A DNA stretch of 64,000 nt from Dehalococcoidia bacterium (GCA_965203195.1 OZ241860.1:1555362-1619361); one strand, 5' to 3'; shown: positions 36,308-45,589, counted from the stretch's first letter. Notes: a model not told the origin generated them from the letters alone. A program made the numbers and translations.

Positions 36308-36967
36308 TCAGGGGCGGGAAACGTGGCTGATCAGTTCCTGGGCCACGGCGATGACGCCGCGGCGGCGGACGGTGATGACGCGGGGGTCGCCTTTGCCGTC
36401 GAAGTGTTCGGAGACCTTGTGGTCCAAGGGGGTGCTTTGCCAGATAATGATGACCTGGGCCCAGTCGCGGTGGGGCTGATAGTAGCGGTCGTCCTGGACT
36501 CTTTTGCCGTCGATGAAGCGCCAGTCCAGGTCGGGGGGGGATTTCTGGCGGAGTTCGCGTTCTTTGCGCTCGGTGCCGCCGACGATGAGGATGCGGCGGA
36601 CGCCGGCGGCGGTCAGGGCCAGGCCGGCCTGGGCGAGGACGCTGGCGCTGGGGTCGCCGCCGCAGATGCGGCAGACGGACTGGGCCACGAGGAGCAGGGG
36701 GCGGGCGGCGGCGTTGCCGGCGGCGGCGTTGCTGGTAGCGGATTCGTCCCGCGCGGCCGCCTGGCGACACTCGCCGTTGTTGCAGTGCCAGAGGAAGGCG
36801 TCCTCCAGAACCGCGCGGGCGAAGTCGGCTTTGTGGGCGGCGATGTTTTTGCGGTGGGGGCTTTTCTGGATGATTTCCCACTCAAACAGGGCGGCGCGGG
36901 CCTTGTGGTATTCGCTGGCGGCGAGGCCAAAATCCGCCAGCATATTGTCGATGGCGATGTCGGGCAT
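36308..36967 (-). CDS. Hypothetical protein, 4-Cys motif plus DUF2325-like C-terminal domain
   Basis: 219 aa. WHCNNGEC...CRICGG, then RRILIVGGTERKE...VIIIWQSTPLDHKVS. Starts 19 nt after the HigA stop. Confidence 0.5.
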   Translation of the reverse strand: MPDIAIDNMLADFGLAASEYHKARAALFEWEIIQKSPHRKNIAAHKADFARAVLEDAFLWHCNNGECRQAAARDESATSNAAAGNAAARPLLLVAQSVCRICGGDPSASVLAQAGLALTAAGVRRILIVGGTERKERELRQKSPPDLDWRFIDGKRVQDDRYYQPHRDWAQVIIIWQSTPLDHKVSEHFDGKGDPRVITVRRRGVIAVAQELISHVSRP

Positions 36968-36985
36968 AGTACCTCTGGGGCGGGG

Positions 36986-37342
36986 TCAGGCGGCGGTCAG
37001 GGTGGCGATGGGGAAGCCGGTTTGTTCGGCGATGGCCTGGGCCATTGCGGGCGGGATTGGCGTACGGCCGGCCAGCATATCGTCCAGGCGGGCGGCGGTG
37101 CCGGCCAGGGGGAGCAGGTGGCGGCGGGACAGGTTTTTCTGGTCCAGCAGGAACTCCAGCATGGCGGCCTGGCTGGGTTCCGGGATGGGGTAGTGCACGG
37201 CTTCGTAGGCTTCCACGAGGCAGGACACGCGGTCCAGTTCCAGTTCCTCCGGGCTACCCGGCGGGGCGTGGATCAGGTCGTCGATGCGGGCCAGCGCCGC
37301 CTCGTATTCCGCTGTGGTCCTGATTGCGTTGATGGCAAGCAT
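36986..37342 (-). CDS. higA: HigA-type antitoxin (HTH)
   Basis: 118 aa. Resembles E. coli HigA in layout (N-terminal helical part, C-terminal HTH). Sits 1 nt downstream of the higB stop. Confidence 0.7.
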   Translation of the reverse strand: MLAINAIRTTAEYEAALARIDDLIHAPPGSPEELELDRVSCLVEAYEAVHYPIPEPSQAAMLEFLLDQKNLSRRHLLPLAGTAARLDDMLAGRTPIPPAMAQAIAEQTGFPIATLTAA

Positions 37343-37343
37343 C

Positions 37344-37637
37344 CTATATTACCTCCGCGTTGATTCGGTCGTATTCAGCGTGAGTGCCGATAAAGCGGAT
37401 ATAGACCCGTCGCTGCCGGTAGCTGATACGCACCACCAGCCGGTAGGTGTTGCCCTTGATGTTGAACACTACCCGGTCGTTGGCAATGAAGCTGGCGCTG
37501 GCAAAGTCGGCCTTTACCTGGTCGGGCGTAGCCCAATCCGCCTTTGCGACCCTCTGGTGCCAAGTTTGAAGTGGAACAGCGGCGTCGGGATGGCGTTCCC
37601 AGAAATCCCGAAGTGGCCTTTTGACAAGGATACGCAT
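37344..37637 (-). CDS. higB: HigB-family mRNA interferase toxin
   Basis: 97 aa. RVVFNIKGNTYRLVVRISYRQRRVYIRFIGTHAEYD matches the HigB_toxin pattern. Confidence 0.8.
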   Translation of the reverse strand: MRILVKRPLRDFWERHPDAAVPLQTWHQRVAKADWATPDQVKADFASASFIANDRVVFNIKGNTYRLVVRISYRQRRVYIRFIGTHAEYDRINAEVI

Positions 37638-37709
37638 TAGACGTCCTTTCCCGTTTGCATAGTCCCGTAGCCGGCGGCGGCGCTTTGCCGCCGGCTACGG
37701 GCCGCCGGA

Positions 37710-38561
37710 TCAGCGGAGGAGGGTTTCGGCCATGCGTTCCAGCTGGTGGGACATTTCGGTTTCGGAGTCGGAGTGGGTGGGCCAGACGCAGACGCGCATT
37801 GCGCCGGCGTTGAGGTAGTCGTCCACCTGCTGGCGGGTGGTTTCAGGGGGCTGGCCGAATACGGAGATGGTGAGGGACTGGGGGTCGCGGCCGCGTTCGT
37901 CGGCCAGGGCGTCCAGCTGGCGGCGTCCGTCCTCGATCTGGGTTGGAGTGGCGCGGTTGGGGAGCCAGCCGTCGCCCCAGCGGGCGACGCGCCGGAGGAC
38001 ATTGCGGGCCATGCCGCCGAGGAGGATGGGCGGGTGGGGCTGCTGGGCGGGCTTGGGGTACATATAGACGGGCGGGAAGTCGTAGTAGTGTCCGTGGTAT
38101 TCGGCCTGTTCCTGGGTCCAGAGGGCCTTGAGGGCGGCGACGGCTTCGCGGGTTTGGGTCCAGCGGTGGTCGAAGTCGCCGCCCATCATTTCGGTTTCCT
38201 CGCGGTTCCAGCCGGCGCCGATGCCGAAGACGAAGCGTCCGTTGCTGTGCTGGTCCAGGACGGAGATCTGCTTGGCGAGGATTAGGGGGTTGCGTTCCGG
38301 CACCAAGGTGATGCCGGTGCAGAGCTTGATGCGCTCGGTGACGGCGGCGGCCATGGCGAGGGCGATGTAGGGTTCGGAGAAGTGGCGGTAAGTCCAGGGG
38401 ATTTCGCCGCCGGTGGCGGGGAAGGGGCTGGCGCTGTGGACGGGCAGGATGGGGTGTTCGTGGTACCAGATGGACTCGAAGCCCAGTTCCTCGGCCTTTT
38501 GGGCGATGAAGGCCGGGTTGAGGGTGTAGGCGGGCAAGGGGACGATCAATCCGACGGACAT
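37710..38561 (-). CDS. LLM-class (probably F420-dependent) oxidoreductase
   Basis: ORF 37710..38879. Start at MSVGLIVP (ATG at 38561, AGGAG upstream). GFESIW, RIKLCTGI, GRFVFGIGAGW. Confidence 0.8.
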   Translation of the reverse strand: MSVGLIVPLPAYTLNPAFIAQKAEELGFESIWYHEHPILPVHSASPFPATGGEIPWTYRHFSEPYIALAMAAAVTERIKLCTGITLVPERNPLILAKQISVLDQHSNGRFVFGIGAGWNREETEMMGGDFDHRWTQTREAVAALKALWTQEQAEYHGHYYDFPPVYMYPKPAQQPHPPILLGGMARNVLRRVARWGDGWLPNRATPTQIEDGRRQLDALADERGRDPQSLTISVFGQPPETTRQQVDDYLNAGAMRVCVWPTHSDSETEMSHQLERMAETLLR

Positions 38562-38865
38562 AGGGCGGCTCCTTTGGCGAAACGGGCGGGCGGTGCGGGG
38601 TAGTTGGCGTTGGGAGTGGCGGGTTGGGATTGGCGACGGCGGCAGGGCGCCGGGGCGCATCGTATCAGGGGCGGGGTTGCAGTTGCCCGGGGGACAAGTG
38701 TAACAGGGAATTGGGCATTCGGTACTACGGGCGGGAAGGTTGGGGAAAGGCGGAACGGCCCGATGGGGAACCGGGCGCTGACCCCGATGGCCCCGCTGGC
38801 GGCGCTGACTCCAATGGCGGCGGCGGTGCAAACCCGGCGGGCCGGCGCTACAATACGCCCTGTTT

Positions 38866-39007
38866 GTCGGATTGCTCATCTGTCAGATTGCCCAGCCCGT
38901 TAGATGGCACGTCCGTCAGAATGCCCCGCCCGCCAGACGGCGCGTCCGTCAGGATGCCCGTCCGTCAAACTGCCTGCCTGTCAGATCGCACGCCGGTCAA
39001 GCTGCCC
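38866..39007. repeat. Degenerate 16-17-bp tandem array, about 9 units (consensus GTCAGAtTGCCC)
   Basis: Motif starts at 38866, 38882, 38899, 38915, 38932, 38948, 38964, 38980, 38996. The array ends 48 nt before the M16 peptidase ATG. Confidence 0.8.
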
Positions 39008-39054
39008 GGGGGCCGCACGGTCCGGCGGCCTGATGACCAAAGGATGCCGCGCTT

Positions 39055-41793
39055 ATGTCCGCCATTGCCTACGAAAAGCATACCCTCTCCAACGGGCTGG
39101 ATGTCATCCTGCACCGGGATCCCGCCATTCCGGTGGCGGCGGTGAATGTCTGGTATCACGTCGGTTCCAAAGACGAGGAGCCGGGGCGCACCGGGTTTGC
39201 CCATCTTTTTGAGCATATTATGTTCCGGGGGACGCGGCACCACAAGGGCAGCCATTTTGAGCCGTTGCAGAAAATCGGGGCCACGCTGAACGGTTCTACC
39301 ACGGGCGACCGCACCAACTACTGGGAGGATGTGCCGTCCAACTACCTGGAGCTGGCGCTGTGGCTGGAGGCCGACCGGATGGGGTTTCTGCTGGATGCGT
39401 TGGACCAGGAGGGTTTTGACACGGAGCGGGATGTGGTCAAGAACGAGCGGCGGCAGAGTTACGAGAACCGGCCCTACGGGATGGCGCAGTGGCACATTCA
39501 GCAGGCGCTGTTTCCGCAGCCGCATCCGTATCACTGGATGACCATCGGTTCGCAGGAGGATTTGGACGCGGCCAGCCTGGATGATGTGAAGGATTTTTTC
39601 CGGCGCTACTATTCGCCGGCCAACGCCAGCCTGGCGATTGCGGGGGATATTGACACGGGGGCGGCTCTGGAGCTGGCGCATCGGTATTTTGCGGAGCTGG
39701 CGCCGGGCCCCGCCGTGCGGCGCGTGGGGCGGGCGGATTCGCCGCTGACGGGGCGGGTGGAGCTGGAGATGACGGACCGGGTGACGCTGCCGCGTTCCTA
39801 TACGGTGTGGCTGGCGCCGGCCAATCTTTCCGGGGCGGATGACGCAGGGGACATTCTGCGGGCCATACTGTCGGACGGGCAGAGCAGCCGGATGTACCGG
39901 GCGCTGGTTTATGAGAGGCAGATCGCGCAGTCGGCATCGGTCAGTTATTACGCCGCCGAAATTGCGGGGCAGTTTCGTATGGAGGTGACGCCGGCGCCGG
40001 GGCATAGCCTGGAGGAGGTGGAGGCGGCGGCGGCGGAGGTCATTGACAGCATCATTGCGGAACCGCCTACGGACGCCGAGATGGAGCGGGCCGTGAACCG
40101 GATTGAGATGCAGCATTACCGGACGCTGACGCGGGTGGGCGGCTTCGGGGGGCGGGCGGATGCGCTGAACTATTTCAATGTGTTCGCGGGCGACCCCGGC
40201 CGGCTGAACGGGGTGATGGAGGATTACCGGAAGGTGACGAAAGAGGATGTGATGGGAGTGCAGCGGCAGATTATGTCCGGCGGGCGGGTGCGGATGCGGG
40301 TTTGGCCGGAGGCGGCGCTGGCGCCGGCGGCGACGGGGGTGGATCGGGGGGCGCAGCCGGCAGGGGGGCCGGCGCCGTCTTTCACGCCGCCGCAACCCCG
40401 GCGGGGGCGGCTGGACAATGGCATGGAGGTTATAGTGGCGGGCAAGGCCGGCCTGCCGCTGGTGTCGTTCTCGCTGCTGGCGCGGGCAGGGGCGGCGGGG
40501 GATCCGTCGGGGATGCCCGGCCTGTCGTCGTTTATGGCGGCGATGCTACCGGAAGGCACGGCGCGGCGGGGCAGCCCGGAGATAGCGGCGGCGTTTGAGC
40601 AGATCGGTTCCCGGCTGGTTGCCGAGGCGCGGAAGGAGGTTACGCTGCTGACGGCGGAGACGCTGAACCGGCACTGGCGGCACGCTCTGGAGCTGGCGGC
40701 GGATGTGGCGCGCAACGCGGCGTTTCCGGAGCAGGAGCTGGAGCGGGTGCGGCGGGAACGGATTACCGATCTGCGGCGGGCGCGGGACGAGGCGGGGTTT
40801 GTGGCGGAGACGAACTTCGGGGCGCTGGCGCTGGGGGCGGAGTCGCCGTACGCCCATTCCAATCTGGGGAGGGAGGCGACGGTGGCGGCGGCGTTGCGGG
40901 ACGACCTGGCGGCGCGGCACCGGGCGGCGCTGCGGCCCGAGGGCCTGTGTCTGCTGGTGGCGGGGGACATCGCGCTGGATGATGCGCTGGAGGCGGCCGC
41001 GGCGTATTTCGGGGACTGGGCGCCGGCGTCGGATGGCGAGGCGGGGCGGGCCGGGGGCGGGCCGGATGGCGGCGGCAGCGGCAGTGTCATCAATGGCGGC
41101 GGCAACGATGGCGATGGCGGTGGCAACGGTGGCAATGGCGGTGTCGGCGATGGCGACGGGCCGCGGATTTATCTGATTGACAAGCCGGGGGCGGCGCAGT
41201 CGGTGATACGGGCGGGGATGCCGCTGGCGGCGCGGGGTCATTCCGACTATATGGCGCTGGCGGCGCTGAATTATGCCTTTGGGGGCCAGTTTTCGGCGCG
41301 GCTGAACCGGAACCTGCGGCAGGACAAGGGGTATTCTTACGGCTACCATTCGGCGATTGCGTGGTACAACGCGCCATCGCTGCTTTCCGCCGGGGGTAGC
41401 GTGCAGACGGCAGTGACGGGGCCGGCGGTGTCGGAGACGCTGCGGGAGTTCGGGGACATCAGCGGGGGGCGGCCACTGACGGGCGAGGAGCTGGAGGACG
41501 CGCGCAATGGCCTGCGGCTGGGCTACCCGGCGGGGTTTGAGCGGCCGGCGCAGGTGCTGGGGCAGCTGGCGTCGCTGGCGCAGTTCAACTTGCCGGACGA
41601 TTATTTCGCCTCCTTTGAGGAGAGGCTGGCCGGGGTCAGCCTGGATGATACGCACCGGGTGGGGGCGGAGTATCTGGGGCCGTCCCGCCTGGCCGTGCTG
41701 GTGGTGGGCGACCGGGCGCAGGTGGAGCAACCGCTGCGGGAGCTGGGGTACGGGCTGACGCTGCTGGATGCGGAGGGGGCGGTGGTAGGGTAG
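39055..41793 (+). CDS. M16-family zinc metallopeptidase (pitrilysin-like), fused double-unit form
   Basis: 912 aa. HLFEHIMFRGT (inverted HxxEH zinc motif). The second M16 unit lacks the motif. A Gly-rich insert lies near residue 680. Confidence 0.9.
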   Translation: MSAIAYEKHTLSNGLDVILHRDPAIPVAAVNVWYHVGSKDEEPGRTGFAHLFEHIMFRGTRHHKGSHFEPLQKIGATLNGSTTGDRTNYWEDVPSNYLELALWLEADRMGFLLDALDQEGFDTERDVVKNERRQSYENRPYGMAQWHIQQALFPQPHPYHWMTIGSQEDLDAASLDDVKDFFRRYYSPANASLAIAGDIDTGAALELAHRYFAELAPGPAVRRVGRADSPLTGRVELEMTDRVTLPRSYTVWLAPANLSGADDAGDILRAILSDGQSSRMYRALVYERQIAQSASVSYYAAEIAGQFRMEVTPAPGHSLEEVEAAAAEVIDSIIAEPPTDAEMERAVNRIEMQHYRTLTRVGGFGGRADALNYFNVFAGDPGRLNGVMEDYRKVTKEDVMGVQRQIMSGGRVRMRVWPEAALAPAATGVDRGAQPAGGPAPSFTPPQPRRGRLDNGMEVIVAGKAGLPLVSFSLLARAGAAGDPSGMPGLSSFMAAMLPEGTARRGSPEIAAAFEQIGSRLVAEARKEVTLLTAETLNRHWRHALELAADVARNAAFPEQELERVRRERITDLRRARDEAGFVAETNFGALALGAESPYAHSNLGREATVAAALRDDLAARHRAALRPEGLCLLVAGDIALDDALEAAAAYFGDWAPASDGEAGRAGGGPDGGGSGSVINGGGNDGDGGGNGGNGGVGDGDGPRIYLIDKPGAAQSVIRAGMPLAARGHSDYMALAALNYAFGGQFSARLNRNLRQDKGYSYGYHSAIAWYNAPSLLSAGGSVQTAVTGPAVSETLREFGDISGGRPLTGEELEDARNGLRLGYPAGFERPAQVLGQLASLAQFNLPDDYFASFEERLAGVSLDDTHRVGAEYLGPSRLAVLVVGDRAQVEQPLRELGYGLTLLDAEGAVVG

Positions 41794-41837
41794 GCCGGCG
41801 GCGGCGCCGGCCGACAGATGGGTAAGCGGGCGGGGGG

Positions 41838-42770
41838 TTAGAGGGGGAGGAGGTGGGGGATTTGGAGGTGGGGGTAGGCGTCGGTTAGGGCGGCGCGCCA
41901 TTGGGGGACGAGGATTATGTTGCGGTCGTGGTCGGTGACCAGGTGGCGCGGCTCGGGGGCGCAGCGGCAGATGCGGCGGGCGGCGTTGCCGTAGCTGGGG
42001 TGGAGGTCGAAGTTGGTGGACATCGGGACGCCTACCAGGTTGTACCTTTTCAGGAATTTCTGGTAGTAGGGGAGGCGGGTGATTTCGCCGGCGGACTGGA
42101 TTGCGCCGTCGGTGGGCGTGGTGGGGACGAAGTCGATGTCGAAGCGGAGGCTGCGTTTGGCGGGGCGGACCAGCTTCGGGCGGCCGGCGATGATGGCAAA
42201 GATGGCGTTTTTGAGGGACGCCACGCGCTTCCGCATCTTGCGGATGGTCTGGATGGTGGTTCCCATGGGGGTATGGCCGATGGGGACGCGGAGGCCGGTG
42301 GTAGCGTGAGGGGTGCGGCGATGGGGGCGGCGGCGGACGACGTGGCCGGCACTGCCGGCATTGCCGGCGTGGCTGGCGTTCCCGGCGTTGGCGGCGGCGC
42401 GGGCTAGGCTGGCGATTTTGTAGGCGGGCGTGGGGAGGTTGAGGACTGCCGCCAGGGTGTAGGTGTGGCGGAAGGTTCTCAGGTGGCCGCGGCGGAGGCG
42501 GTCGCAGAAGATGGCGTCGGTCAAGGCGATTTGGAGACGGCGGGTGGTGTTGTGACGGAGGCCGATGTGGACGGCCAATGCGGTGGCGGCGTGGGCGGCG
42601 GCGCGTTGGATGGAGTCCACGGCGTCGGCGAGGCCGTCGATGAAGGGGTCGATGTAGTCCGGCGGGTGAGGGCCGGGGATTGCGGGCGCGGCGATGGCGG
42701 CTTCGGTGGCGTTGCGGGCGTGGCGAAGCAGGGCGTCGCTGCGGGACTGGTGGTGCTGGACGGTTCCCAT
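41838..42770 (-). CDS. Hypothetical protein (no recognisable domain)
   Basis: ORF 41838..42791. Start preferred at MGTVQHH (ATG at 42770), 10 nt after AAGGAG. Confidence 0.5.
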   Translation of the reverse strand: MGTVQHHQSRSDALLRHARNATEAAIAAPAIPGPHPPDYIDPFIDGLADAVDSIQRAAAHAATALAVHIGLRHNTTRRLQIALTDAIFCDRLRRGHLRTFRHTYTLAAVLNLPTPAYKIASLARAAANAGNASHAGNAGSAGHVVRRRPHRRTPHATTGLRVPIGHTPMGTTIQTIRKMRKRVASLKNAIFAIIAGRPKLVRPAKRSLRFDIDFVPTTPTDGAIQSAGEITRLPYYQKFLKRYNLVGVPMSTNFDLHPSYGNAARRICRCAPEPRHLVTDHDRNIILVPQWRAALTDAYPHLQIPHLLPL

Positions 42771-42882
42771 AACAAGGAATGCTCCTTTCATTTCATCAGG
42801 CTGGCGGCCGGTTCGCGGGCTGTTGGCTGGTAGCTAACGGCGGGCTGGCGGCGGCGGCTGATGGTCGGTAGTTGGGGTATTT

Positions 42883-43338
42883 TCAGCACGCGCTGGCATC
42901 GGATTTTTGGCCCCGCCGCGGACGCAAACACAGCAATGCCAGCGAGCCGCGCAATACCCATACCTGCTTCGTGTACCCCGTAGTCGCCCGCGCCAATCGC
43001 TTCAACCGCCCCCGATACTCCGAGTGCAATCCCTCATTCCGGTTCGCCAACTTGCCTTTGCCCACGATGTGCCGCTCCGCAGGCAGCCAGCTCCCGTACA
43101 CCCCGTAGTCATCGCTGTAATACCGCTCCGCCTCCGGCAACCTTTCGTACAACCGCAGAAAAGTCTCCCCACTGCGGTCGCCCACCTCAAAGTCCACACA
43201 CCGCCGACCATCAGGCAACTCAATCACCGCCGTCCAAATCCACACTTCCTGCCGCTTCTTCCCGCGCCGCGCCCGCTGATAAGTCCACATCTCGTCAAAA
43301 GATATGGCTGGCACCATCCCCAAATCCCCAATGTCCAC
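42883..43338 (-). CDS. IS1-family InsB-like transposase part (copy 2)
   Basis: 151 aa, identical to 2463..2918. Confidence 0.75.
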   Translation of the reverse strand: MDIGDLGMVPAISFDEMWTYQRARRGKKRQEVWIWTAVIELPDGRRCVDFEVGDRSGETFLRLYERLPEAERYYSDDYGVYGSWLPAERHIVGKGKLANRNEGLHSEYRGRLKRLARATTGYTKQVWVLRGSLALLCLRPRRGQKSDASAC

Positions 43339-43366
43339 CGGGCTTTTTTGACCACTCGTACACGGC

Positions 43367-44449
43367 GGTAGCGTTTCGTTTTAGGTGGTTTGGTTGATCA
43401 GGCCCTGCTCCTGTAGCAGCGCCAGCAGGTTGTGCTCCGTCTACACCGTCCCCAGCTTCTCCCGTCGCCGCAACTCCCGATTGTGCCGCTCCAAACGCGA
43501 CGTCGTCCGATGCGCCACCCGCCTCGTCGTCAAATGACGCGGTCATTTGGACAACGCTTTCGCACATCAGTAACGCGCCGCCCCAGCCGTCGCCCGCATA
43601 ATCCGCCGCGCCCATTCCCGTCCTTCCGCCACACTGCCCGCATTCAACAGCCGCCGCGCCGCCGCAAATCCCGCCATCCCAATGTTCCGCCGGTACTCCC
43701 GCAGCAGGTGGAACGCGCACAACTGATGCGGCGCCTCCCCGCCATACACCAGCTCAATCCCCGCCGCGATGGCCCCATCGCCATCGCTGACCAAATGCTG
43801 CGGATGCTGCGCCCCCTGCTGCCAGGCCCGGTCAATCACTTCGGCCCAGGAACCAAAAGCCCCCAACGCCGTTCCCGTAGCGACAGCGCGGATTACCTTC
43901 AATTCGGTTCGCCCCCGGCTGGTTCGCGTCCACAAACCGTCCATTTCCAGCGCCCCGTCCGGCGGCAACTCCGGCGCGGCCAAAGGCGCCTTCTCCAGCC
44001 ACTTACAGACCGTACTCTTGACGCAGCCCACCCAGTTCCCGGCGCGGGCGTAGCTCAATCCTTGCGCGGCCAGACTGATGGCGATGTCACGGTTTTTTTG
44101 GAAAACCGCTGGTGGCGCATTTCATCGCCCAGCAGCGTCATACCGCCAGCCATGCGGCGACACTGGCCGCAGCGGAACACGGGGATTTGGAGGCGGACTT
44201 CGCCGTAACTGGTGGCAATGGCGCGGGCGTAGCGATGGTGGCGATGCATGGCCAGGCGGCACTGGTCGCAGAGGGGTTGGTAATCGTCCAGGGCCTGTTG
44301 CAGGGCGGCTTGCAGTTGGACGGGGATTTGGCGTTCCAGTTGGGTTGCCAGATGGTCCAGCAGTCCCATAGCGGCGCATCTCCGGTAGGGGGTAGGGCGG
44401 GCATTGTACCCCCATCTTATAACCAAACCACCTAAAACGAAACGCTACC
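43367..44449 (-). mobile_element. Nested 1083-bp IS (copy 2)
   Basis: Same 29-bp IRs and the same 9-bp duplication GTACACGGC (43358-43366, 44450-44458) as copy 1. Confidence 0.85.
43398..44426 (-). pseudogene. Transposase of the nested IS (copy 2), same frame breaks and in-frame TAG as copy 1
   Basis: ORFs 44055..44426 and 43567..44058 plus a C-terminal fragment. A7 run (T7 at 44093-44099) at the first junction. Confidence 0.6.
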
Positions 44450-44701
44450 GTACACGGCGCCCAGCTTGACTTCCAGAACCCGGCTGATGGCGGCTATGGC
44501 CATGCCTTCGCCGTACATATCAATGGCCTGTTCCTTGACCTGTTCCGAGTAGTAGTGGCGGTTGCCGTCGGGAGTGAAGCGGTAATGACAGAGGCGGCAG
44601 CGGTAGGTTTGCTTGCCCCGGGAGCGTCCGTCTTTGGGCAGCCAGTTGGAGCCGCAGTGGGGGCACTGGAGATCATCGCGGTAGGAGCGGGCGGCGGCCA
44701 T
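44432..44701 (-). CDS. IS1-family InsA-like protein (copy 2), truncated by the nested IS
   Basis: MAAARSYRDDLQCPHCGSNW... GGAGG upstream of the ATG at 44701. Confidence 0.7.
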   Translation of the reverse strand: MAAARSYRDDLQCPHCGSNWLPKDGRSRGKQTYRCRLCHYRFTPDGNRHYYSEQVKEQAIDMYGEGMAIAAISRVLEVKLGAVYGSVSF

Positions 44702-45589
44702 AGCATCACCTCCGGCAATGGCAAAATCCGACCCCAATTATATCACCAGCACGTGCTGAAAATACCGTAGTTGGCAGGCGATTGACGGCTGGTTCGGTGG
44801 CTGGTAGATTGATGGGCATCGGGGAAGGTTCGGGCTGGCCGGTTGGGTTCCAGGTTGTCGGCGCTACGGCCTGAGAGCGTGCAAAGTGAATTTCGTCCTA
44901 GTTTTCCGTGTCCCGGAGCGGCGGCTTTTGAGGGCCGACAGCCCGGCACGGGGCGGTGGTGACATCCGCTGGCTGGCACAGAACTACACGGGCCGAAAGA
45001 TACATACGGCGACGAAGCAGGACCAGCTGAAAATTGGGTTCCGACAAGGGTTAGACCGTGTTCCTGGAGCCCGGTGGTTAGCCCGAAAGGTTTTCCCCGA
45101 TGGTGGCGTGACGCGGTTAATTGAGTGGACAGGGTTGTCCGGTTGGGTCGACACGAAAGCGGGCCGTTTTGCCGCCACGGTGCCCGTCGCGCGCTGGGCG
45201 GTGTGGCGGTGGCAGCCGGTGTAGCGCGCTAGAAAGCTTTGCCGGCGGCCGGGGCTGCTTTACCCGTGCATCAGCATAACGGACGGATGTTTGGGGGCGC
45301 AAGGGGCGGGATGTCATAAATGGCGGCGAATTTTAAATTCCGGCGGGCGGATTGGGCATAGCGCCGGGATTGAGGGATGTCGGGCGCCGGCGGAGGCCGG
45401 GATCGGCGCGGCCGGTCGGACGGTTGCGGCGGGCGGTCATTCCGCAAATCGGCGTAAAACGCGCGCTCCGTCCCTATAATTGGCGGCGGCGGATTGTGCT
45501 ATATTGCCGTTCTGATAATCCGGCGGCGGCCCGGCAGGGTCGGGCCGGCCGCCCCCACAATACCAGCACAATACCAGGAGGAACCGCCT

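Larger units (their letters stand above)
42876..44766 (-). mobile_element. Composite insertion sequence, copy 2 (IS1-family element carrying the nested IS)
   Basis: Same architecture and length as copy 1. Flanked by the 8-bp direct repeat GTAGTTGG (42868-42875 and 44767-44774). Confidence 0.9.

Noticed and set aside
38866-39007. Possible CRISPR array. The same question applies to 34098-34188, 49599-49678 and 47406-48540.
   Set aside because: The units are contiguous, at 14-17 bp or about 270 bp, with no unique spacers. There are no cas genes in the window.
2456-44766. The two directly repeated IS composites might define a 42-kb composite transposon or island.
   Set aside because: Copy 2 has its own 8-bp target duplication. 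The outer flanks of copy 1 (left) and copy 2 (right) do not match. The interior is housekeeping (der, plsY, argF, dinB and others).
44886-45224. 112-aa ORF (GTG start) as a real gene.
   Set aside because: No convincing SD, no recognisable motif, and codon usage atypical for the window. It is kept only as part of the ORF-poor-tract finding.
44775-45589. RNase P RNA, tmRNA, SRP RNA or a TPP riboswitch in the ORF-poor tract.
   Set aside because: No GAGGAAAGTCC or ACAGAACCCGGCTTA-type P4 strands on either strand. No tRNA-like 3' end. Only a partial GAAGCAG and an isolated CTGAGA, without the rest of the SRP or TPP consensus.
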